Source: Candidatus Shapirobacteria bacterium
Lineage (GTDB): Bacteria; Patescibacteriota; Microgenomatia; UBA12405
Direction of reading: 5' to 3'
DNA: 64,000 nt
Assembly (NCBI GenBank): GCA_041661765.1
Contig: JBAZTV010000001.1
Span: forward strand, 135,755 to 199,754
Positions 1 through 8,685 of the stretch are shown in pieces (the first letter of the stretch is position 1; the number at the start of each line of letters is the position of its first letter). The notes under the pieces are model-generated. The model ran no database searches. It saw only the letters and a program-made list of their open reading frames with translations, and was not told where the DNA came from. The position numbers were made by a program, and so were the translations under genes.

Positions 1-611
1 ACTGCAAAGTTAATAATTAAAGTTATTAAAAATATAAAAATAAAAACATTAAATGTGTGGACTATTGGATGCCAAAATATTTCCTTAATATCGAACTTTT
101 TTGAAGCAGCTGAAGTTGAGTGTCCACAACAAGCTGTTTCATTTAAAACAATTTCATGATTATGATTTTTATTATCATGACCATTTTCCACTGATTTAAT
201 GTGTTTTATAATCTTTTCTTCATCTTTTCTAAAAAAGAAATCAACCCCATAACCAACTACAAGTGCTATTACAATTTTTATTCCAATTAAAGGTAGCACT
301 AAATAGGCTTTATCTGGTTGTGACAAAATTATTGGTATTGCCTCATCAGAGGTAGATAAATAAACCGCCAATAAAGTTCCAATAGTTAATAATTTTTGAG
401 TGAATAGAGCCGTCGCAATTACCGAAAAACCACATTGAGGAAAAATTCCCGCCATTACTCCAATCAAGGGTCCTATTTTTCCTGCATTTTGAACCTTTTC
501 TCTAATTTTATCGCCAAATTTATATTCCATTAATTCGATCACAATATACAGAATCAACAATAAAGGAACAGTTTTTAGACTATCAATTAGTGCATCTATT
601 AATATTTCCAT
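1..611 (-). CDS. Putative heavy-metal permease/exporter (5' complete, 3' end beyond window); His-rich loop HDNKNHNHE and CCGH motif
   Basis: Own translation of minus strand from ATG at 609-611: MEILIDALIDSLKTVPLLLILY...GPLIGVMAGIFPQCGFSVIATALF...GHDNKNHNHEIVLNETACCGHS; multi-TM; start overlaps stop of adjacent Fur-family regulator. Not in ORF track because truncated by window edge. Confidence 0.5.
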   Translation of the reverse strand, partial: MEILIDALIDSLKTVPLLLILYIVIELMEYKFGDKIREKVQNAGKIGPLIGVMAGIFPQCGFSVIATALFTQKLLTIGTLLAVYLSTSDEAIPIILSQPDKAYLVLPLIGIKIVIALVVGYGVDFFFRKDEEKIIKHIKSVENGHDNKNHNHEIVLNETACCGHSTSAASKKFDIKEIFWHPIVHTFNVFIFIFLITLIINFA

Positions 612-1024
612 CATATATTTTTACAATGAGAACATAACCCAAAAAATTCTAGAGAATGTTCCAAATCTATAAATTTCGTTTCTCGCTGAAATTTTTGTTG
701 AATTTTAATCAATCTCTTTTCTTCATTTTTGGGTAAATCTATCCTTTGAATAGTTTTACATTTAGAACAAATTAAATGATGATAGTGATCCTCAATAGAT
801 TCATAACGAAGAGATCCGTCGCCAATTTCAATCAAACGGACTAAATTTTCTTCTTTAAGAGTAATGAGTGTTCTATAAATTGTGGCTCTATTAAACAAAT
901 TACATTTAAGTTGAATTTCTGTCGAACTGACGGGAGTAGAAGCATTTTTAATTATCTTTAAGACTGATTTTTTAGCAATTGATTGTCTAGCCATAATGGC
1001 CATTATAATGCGACATTGTCGCAA
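611..1024 (-). CDS. Fur-family metal-responsive transcriptional repressor (Fur/Zur-like)
   Basis: 137 aa; winged-helix N-term, HHHLICSKC...CSHC metal-binding motifs typical of Fur family. Confidence 0.8.
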   Translation of the reverse strand: MRQCRIIMAIMARQSIAKKSVLKIIKNASTPVSSTEIQLKCNLFNRATIYRTLITLKEENLVRLIEIGDGSLRYESIEDHYHHLICSKCKTIQRIDLPKNEEKRLIKIQQKFQRETKFIDLEHSLEFFGLCSHCKNI

Positions 1025-1080
1025 TTACAAGCTATTTTTAGTTTTTGTTTTTTTTTAAAAAAATACAACACTATATCTTC

Positions 1081-2394
1081 TCAGTCAGTTTTTAAATAAC
1101 TTCCACCATCTTTAGTAATGATCCAAATCTTTTTATTTTCTGGATATTTATCTATTATTTCGTTTTTTTCAAACAAAACAGAACCAATATAAAATACTGG
1201 AGTTTTATTAGGTAAATAAACATAAACAGGAATATCAGGTCGTTGTTTCTTTACATAATATTTAACTTCCAAAAAATTAAGTTCTGATTCAGGAATAATT
1301 ACATCATCATCACTAATTTTAGAAAGGACTTGTTGAACCCCGTAATTAATAGCTGGTTTAGTTGTTTTTTTGACTATTTCTTCTGAACCTTGAATTAAAA
1401 AAATAATATAAGAAATGCCTATGGCAAAAATAAAATATGATAAATATTTATTTAATTTAGATAATTTAAATAAAGAATAAATAATCCAAATAATAAATAT
1501 AGGTAAAATTGGCATTAAATATCTTTCGTGAAATATTGGTATCCAAAAAGCAGAAATTAAATAGACAATTAAAAATGGAATCAAAAAAAGAAAAATTAAA
1601 ACGGATTCATTTTTAATATCTATTTCTTTATCTTTTTGAGAAATATATTTATTAAACCAATAAAATATTCCCAAAATAACTAAAACAACCACTAAATTAT
1701 AGATCATTCCCTTTGAGGCATAATCAGTCGACCCTTGAAAATAAGTTCTAAATGTTTCTAAAAATATAGATGAATTTTTTGGTTCAATCCAAAAACCACC
1801 AGCAACTTTAGTCCATTGATTCCAAAGAAATAAAAACCAAATCCCAAATGCAATAAAAGGTAACGTAAATAAAGAAATAGCAGATTTAATACTCTTAATA
1901 AGAGAACTTCTATTTTTATAAATCCAAAAAATAACAAAAGCTAATAAAAAGAAAATTCCAAAATTATGTGTCAATAGGGAAAGCGCTAAAAATATAGAAG
2001 AAACAAAATTTTTCTTTTTTAAGAAGAAATAAGTAGCAGTGACTATTAGAAAAGCAAAAAATGAATAACATCTAGCTTCAAAGGCATATTCTAATAAGAA
2101 TGGATTTAATAAAACTGCTAATGATCCAACTATGGACAATTTCCAATTTTTAATTAAATGTTTAAGCATGAAAAATGAAGATATTACCAATAAAATATGA
2201 AAACCAAGAGATAAAGTTCTTACTATATATTCAGAATCACCAAATAATTTTATCCAGAAATGAAGCAAAAAATAATATAGAGGTGGACTTGTATCTTTAA
2301 TTGTTAAAAGCAAAATGTCTTTTAAACTTTTAGCAGAAAGCAGGACACTAAAAGCCTCATCCCTCCAAAAACTTTGATGTAAAATCGACAACAT
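1081..2394 (-). CDS. GT-C glycosyltransferase, ArnT/PMT_2-like (GT39/GT83) integral membrane protein
   Basis: 437 aa, ~12 TM; N-terminal WRDEAFSV...SPPLYYFLLHFW motif (DE + PPLYY) typical of ArnT/PMT_2 family. Confidence 0.65.
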   Translation of the reverse strand: MLSILHQSFWRDEAFSVLLSAKSLKDILLLTIKDTSPPLYYFLLHFWIKLFGDSEYIVRTLSLGFHILLVISSFFMLKHLIKNWKLSIVGSLAVLLNPFLLEYAFEARCYSFFAFLIVTATYFFLKKKNFVSSIFLALSLLTHNFGIFFLLAFVIFWIYKNRSSLIKSIKSAISLFTLPFIAFGIWFLFLWNQWTKVAGGFWIEPKNSSIFLETFRTYFQGSTDYASKGMIYNLVVVLVILGIFYWFNKYISQKDKEIDIKNESVLIFLFLIPFLIVYLISAFWIPIFHERYLMPILPIFIIWIIYSLFKLSKLNKYLSYFIFAIGISYIIFLIQGSEEIVKKTTKPAINYGVQQVLSKISDDDVIIPESELNFLEVKYYVKKQRPDIPVYVYLPNKTPVFYIGSVLFEKNEIIDKYPENKKIWIITKDGGSYLKTD

Positions 2395-2528
2395 TGGTTT
2401 ATGTTACCACAATTAATTCATTCTAAAAATTAACCATTACAGGCTGTAAAAACGAGAGCGGAGCATTTGAATATGGAATTAATCTATCCCTACAACACTA
2501 AAAACCACTTTATGTTGTAATATTAGGT

Positions 2529-2996
2529 CTAAATTACTTTTTTAACAACCCTATTTGTTAAATCCATTTGCATCCGGCCACTTCCGTTTTCTACTTCCTT
2601 AAAACCCAACCTTTTATAAAAACCAACAGCATCATCAACCGAATCTAATTCAATTTTTTTTATTCCGCGTTTTTGCGCAAGATCTATAGCCGCTTCGACA
2701 ACAGATTTACCAATACCTTTTCCACGATATTTTTTAACAGTTTCAACGACATTTAAGTGTGCACTTTGAATATTTCCATCTGAATCAATGTCGAAAGAAG
2801 TTAATAACGCAGAACCTACTCTTTTATTAAAAAATCCTTTTGTTGCTATTACTTGAGCTTCATAACCATTATTTTCTGACATGTTTTCGACAATATTAAT
2901 ATTTAGTACTTTTTTCGATCCCTGATCTAATCCCAGTTTTTCCAAATTTAAACTCTTATCAATTGAACTCGGATAACCTATTTCACAATTTTCCAT
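2529..2996 (-). CDS. GNAT family N-acetyltransferase
   Basis: 155 aa; RGKGIGKSVVEAAIDLAQKRG...FYKRLGF acetyl-CoA binding motif. Confidence 0.75.
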   Translation of the reverse strand: MENCEIGYPSSIDKSLNLEKLGLDQGSKKVLNINIVENMSENNGYEAQVIATKGFFNKRVGSALLTSFDIDSDGNIQSAHLNVVETVKKYRGKGIGKSVVEAAIDLAQKRGIKKIELDSVDDAVGFYKRLGFKEVENGSGRMQMDLTNRVVKKVI

Positions 2997-3414
2997 GAAA
3001 ATATTATAACAACCTTATTCTAAAATAATTTACATATCAATACTATGAAATCTGAACGAAGCTTATGGTTTTAGTATTAATATATCTTTATTATTCCAAA
3101 TCATTGCTGTCCTTTTTGTAATCTTTTGTAGCTAAATGAGAAAATAAGACACTTTTAAAAAAGGGTTTCTTAAAATTATTTATATTATTTAGACCAACTT
3201 AAGTATTTAAATTTCGGCTTTTTTTCAAAAAAATAGGGTTTTTGTTGTAAAAAATGTCAAATGTGATAAACTATAGGCTGTTTTCGTACTTTAACAAATA
3301 ATTGTTGTTTTAGTTTGTGGCTGATGGCTTAGTGAGTACAAATTTTGTGCTTAGTAAGCCATTAGTCATAAAAGACTTTTTAATGGTAATTTTTTTGAAA
3401 AGAGGTTTATTAAA

Positions 3415-4539
3415 ATGAACGAAACCCTGAAAACCAAACTTGTCGAACTCGGACTAAATGACGATCAAATCTCAAAACTCGAATCCGAAGGTGCAAAAAC
3501 CGAAGCCAATATGATCGGTCTTTCACCAGAAGAAATCAGGACTATGTGTGGGTGCGGGTTTATTTTGGCCAAAGAAATCGCCAAAGCCTTCATTCCGACA
3601 CCACCCGAAAAAGGATCCGAATCAATCGCAGTTTTATCAGCCGGGCAGCCTTCAATGGATGTTTTACCTCAAGTACCTGACGATGTTTCTTTCCTGAACA
3701 TGCTTAAAGTTGGTGGTGAACTTAAGGTTGGTGAAACTGAAGTTATCGCTGCCATCAGAGCATCTCTGGCAGACAAAAGCGGGCTTTACGAACTTCCAAA
3801 AATTTTAGCTAACCTTATGGAAAAATTCGCCGAAGAACAGGAAGTTCCATGCAGTAACGACTTTTACTCTTTACAGAAACTTCTAATAAGAAGAAACTAC
3901 GCCGAAATTTTTTCTGCTCTCGAAATCGACAGTGCTAGTGTTACTCAGCCCAAAAAAGATGCACTACTCAAAAAACTTCGGATCAATCTTTGGCCGGCGC
4001 TTTTAGGTTTTCATCAGCAAATCATAGGGTGGTTCTCAACTTATCAACAAACAGCTGCTAATCCGGCGGCAATGATGGGTATGTTTTCTATGCTTGCATC
4101 CGGCAATGGTAGTGCGGCTTCCAGTCTGATTCAGGCTCCTGACACCAACACCTTGCGTGATGCAGCTGAAAGCGTTATTGATCAAATCAATCGCGTTTTT
4201 GCCGGCACCGGTATTGTTATTTCTAGAGCTTTGGCTCTCGATGCTAACAATATTAAAACCGTGCTCGAAAATCCGTCATTGCCGGGACAGATTGGTGCTA
4301 GTAATCATGATCAGATGATTAAAATGCTTAGTGTTAACGTTTCAGCTGATTATGTCCGTCTTGAACGAAATATCACTCGTTACGCCTTGGCCATTATGGA
4401 GTTTCCGAAAGTGACCGCCGGACAATCAGAACTGAGTTATCTTACCGCAATGTTCCAACTTGGAAATGCCATTCCTTGGGACAAACTCGACTCGAAGGAG
4501 GTCGTAGCCGGTACAGGCTCTACCTTTCGAACCCAATGA
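3415..4539 (+). CDS. Hypothetical protein, cassette gene A (374 aa), no recognisable domain
   Basis: Long ORF with start ATG preceded by purine-rich stretch; visibly higher G+C than surroundings; first gene of + strand cassette 3415-8685. Confidence 0.5.
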   Translation: MNETLKTKLVELGLNDDQISKLESEGAKTEANMIGLSPEEIRTMCGCGFILAKEIAKAFIPTPPEKGSESIAVLSAGQPSMDVLPQVPDDVSFLNMLKVGGELKVGETEVIAAIRASLADKSGLYELPKILANLMEKFAEEQEVPCSNDFYSLQKLLIRRNYAEIFSALEIDSASVTQPKKDALLKKLRINLWPALLGFHQQIIGWFSTYQQTAANPAAMMGMFSMLASGNGSAASSLIQAPDTNTLRDAAESVIDQINRVFAGTGIVISRALALDANNIKTVLENPSLPGQIGASNHDQMIKMLSVNVSADYVRLERNITRYALAIMEFPKVTAGQSELSYLTAMFQLGNAIPWDKLDSKEVVAGTGSTFRTQ

Positions 4540-4600
4540 GTTCATCAAAAAATACTCTGAGATTGTCAACGGCAAAGACCATGCTGCCATCGCCGATTGG

Positions 4601-4897
4601 TTGATTAACAATGCCAAAAGCATAGACAAAACTATTTTCGATTCTAATTATTGGGATTTTTTGGAAGTTCTCGATGTTTTAACACTTCGTGTTTTTTCAC
4701 CTTCTGGAGTATTCATTTCTTTAAACAAAGAAAAATATACCTCAATTATCAACAATTCTCAACTACTCGCACTTAGCGAATGTCTTTTTAAAAATGATCG
4801 CGATTTCATTTCCAATCTTCCTTTAGAATTAAAACCATATTTAGCCCAATTAGAAGTCCTCATGGATTTGGCCTACAAAACTAAGATCAGGAGGTAG
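4601..4897 (+). CDS. Hypothetical small protein, cassette gene B (98 aa; TTG start in track, frame open upstream to 4508)
   Basis: ORF track; reading frame is open from 4508, overlapping end of gene A in +1 frame; possible alternative start or frameshift. Confidence 0.35.
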   Translation: MINNAKSIDKTIFDSNYWDFLEVLDVLTLRVFSPSGVFISLNKEKYTSIINNSQLLALSECLFKNDRDFISNLPLELKPYLAQLEVLMDLAYKTKIRR

Positions 4898-4961
4898 TAA
4901 ACAACAATTATTTCTGGGGTAGGACCTTTTCTAATATTTTTTAGAAAAAAAACTGCCCCAA

Positions 4962-5012
4962 TCCCTCTATCGATGTGTATCGATACCGATGAGTCCAAAA
5001 GGACGAAAGGAA
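4962..5012 (+). ncRNA. Hammerhead ribozyme-like motif, type III topology, variant core CCGAUGA (U4->C) and short stem III
   Basis: UCCCUC|UAUCGA-UGUGUA-UCGAUA-CCGAUGA-GUCC-AAAA-GGAC-GAAA-GGA: stem I hairpin, stem II GUCC/GGAC with AAAA loop, GAAA, 3-bp stem III; paralogous to the perfect copy at 7222-7273 with compensatory changes in stem I. Confidence 0.55.
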
Positions 5013-5066
5013 AAGTACTTTAAAAATAAGGAATGTTTCGTCATTTTTTGAAAGGAGTGATAATAA

Positions 5067-6023
5067 TTGGATCTTATTAAACTAATTTTAGCTCTCGCGC
5101 CACTAATACCTCGGGAAAATACTTCATCTTCATTAATCAAAATGACAGAGTTTGATGGGTTAAACGGAAAATACATTATTTTTGGTTTAAAATCTGCCAG
5201 CATTTCTAGTGGTGCTCCGATTGCCAAAACCAGTAACAGTAAATTGTACGTTACCCAGCTTCCTTCCGGTCAATTTGGATTTATGAAAATTGCTCTTGAA
5301 ACCTACGAAAATGACTCTATTGTCAGAGAATCCAATATTCTCAGGGAATTACAGTTGATTGCTCGTGAGATCGATAATGATTGTCAAAATAAAGGTTTAG
5401 GGAAACCAAACTATGGCGCCTTTTTCCCAAAAGTTTTAGAGACTTTTGATGCTGGTCCTAAAAAGGCTATGTTTTTAGGATTTGATGAAAACATCGAATC
5501 TTATCAACAATTTTCTCCCTTATCTTCATTAACAGGCGATCAGCGAATCGATCTTCAAACTGGTCATTGGATTTTAGGCAAGCTTCTTAAAATTCTTGCC
5601 TTTATTCACAGTTATGGTTATTCTCTTAAGTTAATTAATTCCAGTAATATTCTCCTCGAAACCAATCTTCACGGCGTTTTTATCCTCGATTTTTCTGCTG
5701 CTCAAAAAAATATTGATTCATTAGTTATGTCCCAAGAAATTTCAAATGCTGCCAAAATAGTTTGGTATGCAACTGGTGGAACCAACTCTGAATCTTCACC
5801 TCATGATCAAGACATTATGTCTCTCGAACATCACCATATCTATTTATCCTTTCTTTCCAAATTAATTGAAGGGACAAATTATACTACTGGTACAGTTATT
5901 GATAAATTATATGAACTTTCAGATGGCATTTGGCCAAAAGTTCAAAAGGAGGATGGTACCCCAGGTTTAAAACGACAATTTCATAAATTTTGCACCTATC
6001 CAAAAATAATCATTAAGGAGTGA
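5067..6023 (+). CDS. Eukaryote-like protein kinase fold protein, probable pseudokinase (HRD Asp replaced), cassette gene C
   Basis: 318 aa; TTG start 10 nt after AGGAG; motifs FMKIAL (beta3 Lys), RESNILRELQ (alphaC Glu), HSYGYSLKLINSSNILL (catalytic loop with Asn retained, Asp->Leu), ILDFSAA (DFG-like). Confidence 0.6.
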   Translation: MDLIKLILALAPLIPRENTSSSLIKMTEFDGLNGKYIIFGLKSASISSGAPIAKTSNSKLYVTQLPSGQFGFMKIALETYENDSIVRESNILRELQLIAREIDNDCQNKGLGKPNYGAFFPKVLETFDAGPKKAMFLGFDENIESYQQFSPLSSLTGDQRIDLQTGHWILGKLLKILAFIHSYGYSLKLINSSNILLETNLHGVFILDFSAAQKNIDSLVMSQEISNAAKIVWYATGGTNSESSPHDQDIMSLEHHHIYLSFLSKLIEGTNYTTGTVIDKLYELSDGIWPKVQKEDGTPGLKRQFHKFCTYPKIIIKE

Positions 6024-6030
6024 TGTTCAA

Positions 6031-7158
6031 ATGGTGGAAAAAAGACACACAGAAACTTTCAGTAGCAGTCACTATGAAAAAACCGTCAGTGAAATGCGCA
6101 CCCGCGGAGAGAAAGTCCACGATGCTGGCCAAAAAGTTTATCGCGAAACTGGCAAACTCGACCCCATGGTCGATATCAAAGGCAAAACTCGCGAATCCCG
6201 AAATGCTTTTATCGACAACGGTAATAACACCTGTCTTTTAACCAAAGGTATAAAAATGCCAGTCGTTTCTTGCGGTGATGGCACTGGTTCGATGGGTGAA
6301 AATGTTGGTAAAGTCTTTTTTGGAATGAAAAAACTTTTTGATATGCTTTCTCCGTTTCAATTGAGATATCAAATTGATCTCTCTGTCGCCGTAGTTCAAG
6401 ATGTTCAGGACAAACATCCTGTTTTTCAAATGGCTCAGTTCGAATCCAGCAATCTTGCTGCCGAGCATGTTACTAAATTAATCCCCGACAAAGATGGTGG
6501 TGATTCAGATGAAGACTATGATCTCGGTCTCTGCTATATCAATGACAGAGTAAATATTGATATTAATCAATACTGTTTGAAAGGCTATTTGTTTATTATT
6601 GCTGATGCCTGTGGTCGCGGTCGCGTTCTTGCTTCTGATGTCAAAAACCATCTAGGATATGAGATTCAATCAAGATCCATTTACACAAAAAAAATCTGTC
6701 AAGAACTTCTCAAAAAATGGCATGTCTTTTTTATCCAGATCAATAGTAGTTATCCAACTTCTTCTTGGTGGTCCGACCTACTTGGTGACAATCGAGTTAT
6801 TTTTGGTTGTGACGCTGATTATCTAGCCGAACTTCAGGCTGGATTAATGTATATCACCGAAACAGAAGAACCTCTTGAAACTAGTTTTATTGCCTTTCTT
6901 CAGGCTTCTGGTAACAATAAAATTTCCGATTACGATGCCAAAAAAATTTGGCAGATAATTCAGCCGGCCAAACCGCTTTTTGGCGCTCAGGCCAAACTCG
7001 ACGTCTTTAATAATATCCCCAAACCTGGTGATATTTTTAGTCACTATCGCAACCCCTGGCCCATTGGTCACGCCCGCGAAAGCGAAAATCCTACTACTAA
7101 TAGCGTCGTTACTACTCCATCTATCGATTCAAACGAAGTTGATTGGACTAAATTCTAA
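6031..7158 (+). CDS. von Willebrand factor A (vWA) domain protein with MIDAS motif, cassette gene D
   Basis: 375 aa; VVSCGDGTGSMGENVGKVFF = DxSGSM MIDAS start of vWA fold; later FIIADACG (ITDG-like). Confidence 0.65.
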   Translation: MVEKRHTETFSSSHYEKTVSEMRTRGEKVHDAGQKVYRETGKLDPMVDIKGKTRESRNAFIDNGNNTCLLTKGIKMPVVSCGDGTGSMGENVGKVFFGMKKLFDMLSPFQLRYQIDLSVAVVQDVQDKHPVFQMAQFESSNLAAEHVTKLIPDKDGGDSDEDYDLGLCYINDRVNIDINQYCLKGYLFIIADACGRGRVLASDVKNHLGYEIQSRSIYTKKICQELLKKWHVFFIQINSSYPTSSWWSDLLGDNRVIFGCDADYLAELQAGLMYITETEEPLETSFIAFLQASGNNKISDYDAKKIWQIIQPAKPLFGAQAKLDVFNNIPKPGDIFSHYRNPWPIGHARESENPTTNSVVTTPSIDSNEVDWTKF

Positions 7159-7221
7159 CGCAAACATTCTTTACAAAAGTCAGGACAGGTTGCTTTTGGC
7201 AACAAAACAATCTGTCCTACA

Positions 7222-7273
7222 TCCCTCTTCTGATGTGTATCAGAACTGATGAGTCCAAAAGGACGAAAGGGAA
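7222..7273 (+). ncRNA. Type III hammerhead ribozyme (canonical core)
   Basis: UCCCUC|UUCUGA-UGUGUA-UCAGAA-CUGAUGA-GUCC-AAAA-GGAC-GAAA-GGGA: closed stem I hairpin, CUGAUGA, stem II 4 bp + AAAA loop, GAAA, stem III UCCCU/AGGGA, predicted cleavage after C7227. Confidence 0.8.
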
Positions 7274-7275
7274 AT

Positions 7276-8685
7276 ATGAAAGAAATAATTTCAATTTTTG
7301 GCACTGGTATTGGTGAAGAAGTCAAGGGTGTCACCACTCAAAAATGTGTTCAAGAAACCAATGCTCACACCGTCATTCGATCTGGCGGTTTTCAATCGGG
7401 TCACCATATCGTCGATAATAACGGTGAAACTTTTTCTTTCAGTCATTTCAGTTGTGGTACTTTTGATGGGGCTCAAACCTATTTAAAAAATATGGTTTTT
7501 AATCCAGTCGATTTATTTGAAGAAGCAATCATGCTCGAAGAAAAAGGAATTGAAAATATTTTTGACAAAATAATTATTGATGAAAACTGTATTAGCACCA
7601 CTCCTTATCATCAAGCCATCAGTCGTCTTCGCGAAGTTTTACTCGGTGACAATAAAAAGGGAACTGTTGGCAAAGGTGTTGGTGATGCTATAAAAGATTC
7701 TTCAGACCCAAATCTAACTCTTCGGGCTGCTGATTTTTTTCAAAATTTTGACTTTCTTCAAAACAAAATTAAAAATATTCAGCAACATAAACTTTATCAA
7801 TCCCAAAAACTTTTAGAAAATAAAAATCCATCTGAAATCTCTGATCGTGCCCTTTTTGAATTTTCCATCATTAAGGATAAAAATCTTATCAAGAAAACCG
7901 TTATTGCTTGTCAATCTTTATCAAAATTAGTTCGTATCACTGACCAAATTTTTTTTCAAGAACTTTTAAATAAAAATGGCACTATTGTTTGCGAACCATC
8001 ACACGGTGCACTTCTCCATCCAGATTTTGGATTTGTTCCCCATGTCACCCAAGTCGATCCTACTGGTCAAGACCTTTTAGAATCCATCAAAAATCAAAAC
8101 TATGACGGTAAGATAGTTCGTCTTGGTGTCAGTCGTTGTTATATTACTCGTCATGGTGCCGGCCCTCTTGTTTCTTTCAATCAAGAAATGACCGATTCCA
8201 TAATTGAAAGTTCGGATAATAACGGTGCCAATGAATGGCTCGGCCCTTTTAGAAATGGAAATTTTGATTTAGTTGCCATGAAGTATGCACTCAATTTTAG
8301 CGGATCAATCAGTGGTCTTGGAATTAGTTATTTAGATATTTTAAATCAAAACCAAAATTGGCAAGTTTGCGAAAGTTACCAATATTTAGGAGATAAAAAC
8401 AACCTCCAAGATTTTTTTGAAATTGAAGACAATAAAATTATCGCCATAAAAATTTACAAAGGTGTAAATAAATCAGATCAAATAAATCATCAAGTTCAAC
8501 TCACCAACTTATTAAAAAATTGTCACCCAATTCTCACCACTCTCAAATCTACGGATAATAAAAATCTCGAAGAAATTTTTATAAATTATGTTGAACAAAA
8601 ATTAGAAATTCCTGTTGTACTTGTTGGTTACGGCCCTAAATCTTCCGATCGAAAATTCAGAATAAATTTATCTGATCTCGGGTAA
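7276..8685 (+). CDS. Divergent adenylosuccinate synthetase family protein (PurA/PurZ-like), cassette gene E
   Basis: Track ORF 7249..8685, start re-set to ATG 7276 (AAGGGA 7 nt upstream; 7249 start lies inside ribozyme). Colinear similarity to PurA: GTGIGEEVKG~GxQWGDEGKGK, HTVIRSGGFQSGHHIV~VVRYQGGHNAGHTLV, NGETFSFSHFSCG~NGEKxVLHLIPSG, KKGTVGKGVGDA~IGTTGRGIGPA, GALLHPDFGFVPHVT~GAQGTLLDIDHGTYPYVT, ITRHGAGP~STRVGAGP; several catalytic residues substituted. Confidence 0.65.
   Translation: MKEIISIFGTGIGEEVKGVTTQKCVQETNAHTVIRSGGFQSGHHIVDNNGETFSFSHFSCGTFDGAQTYLKNMVFNPVDLFEEAIMLEEKGIENIFDKIIIDENCISTTPYHQAISRLREVLLGDNKKGTVGKGVGDAIKDSSDPNLTLRAADFFQNFDFLQNKIKNIQQHKLYQSQKLLENKNPSEISDRALFEFSIIKDKNLIKKTVIACQSLSKLVRITDQIFFQELLNKNGTIVCEPSHGALLHPDFGFVPHVTQVDPTGQDLLESIKNQNYDGKIVRLGVSRCYITRHGAGPLVSFNQEMTDSIIESSDNNGANEWLGPFRNGNFDLVAMKYALNFSGSISGLGISYLDILNQNQNWQVCESYQYLGDKNNLQDFFEIEDNKIIAIKIYKGVNKSDQINHQVQLTNLLKNCHPILTTLKSTDNKNLEEIFINYVEQKLEIPVVLVGYGPKSSDRKFRINLSDLG

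Noticed and set aside
6020-6241. Track ORFs overlapping cassette genes in other frames (6020..6241, 6238..6468, 6844..7071, 6980..7249, 7155..7337, 7291..7486)
   Set aside because: Short ORFs embedded in or antisense to the long vWA and PurA-like genes; no RBS or domain support.
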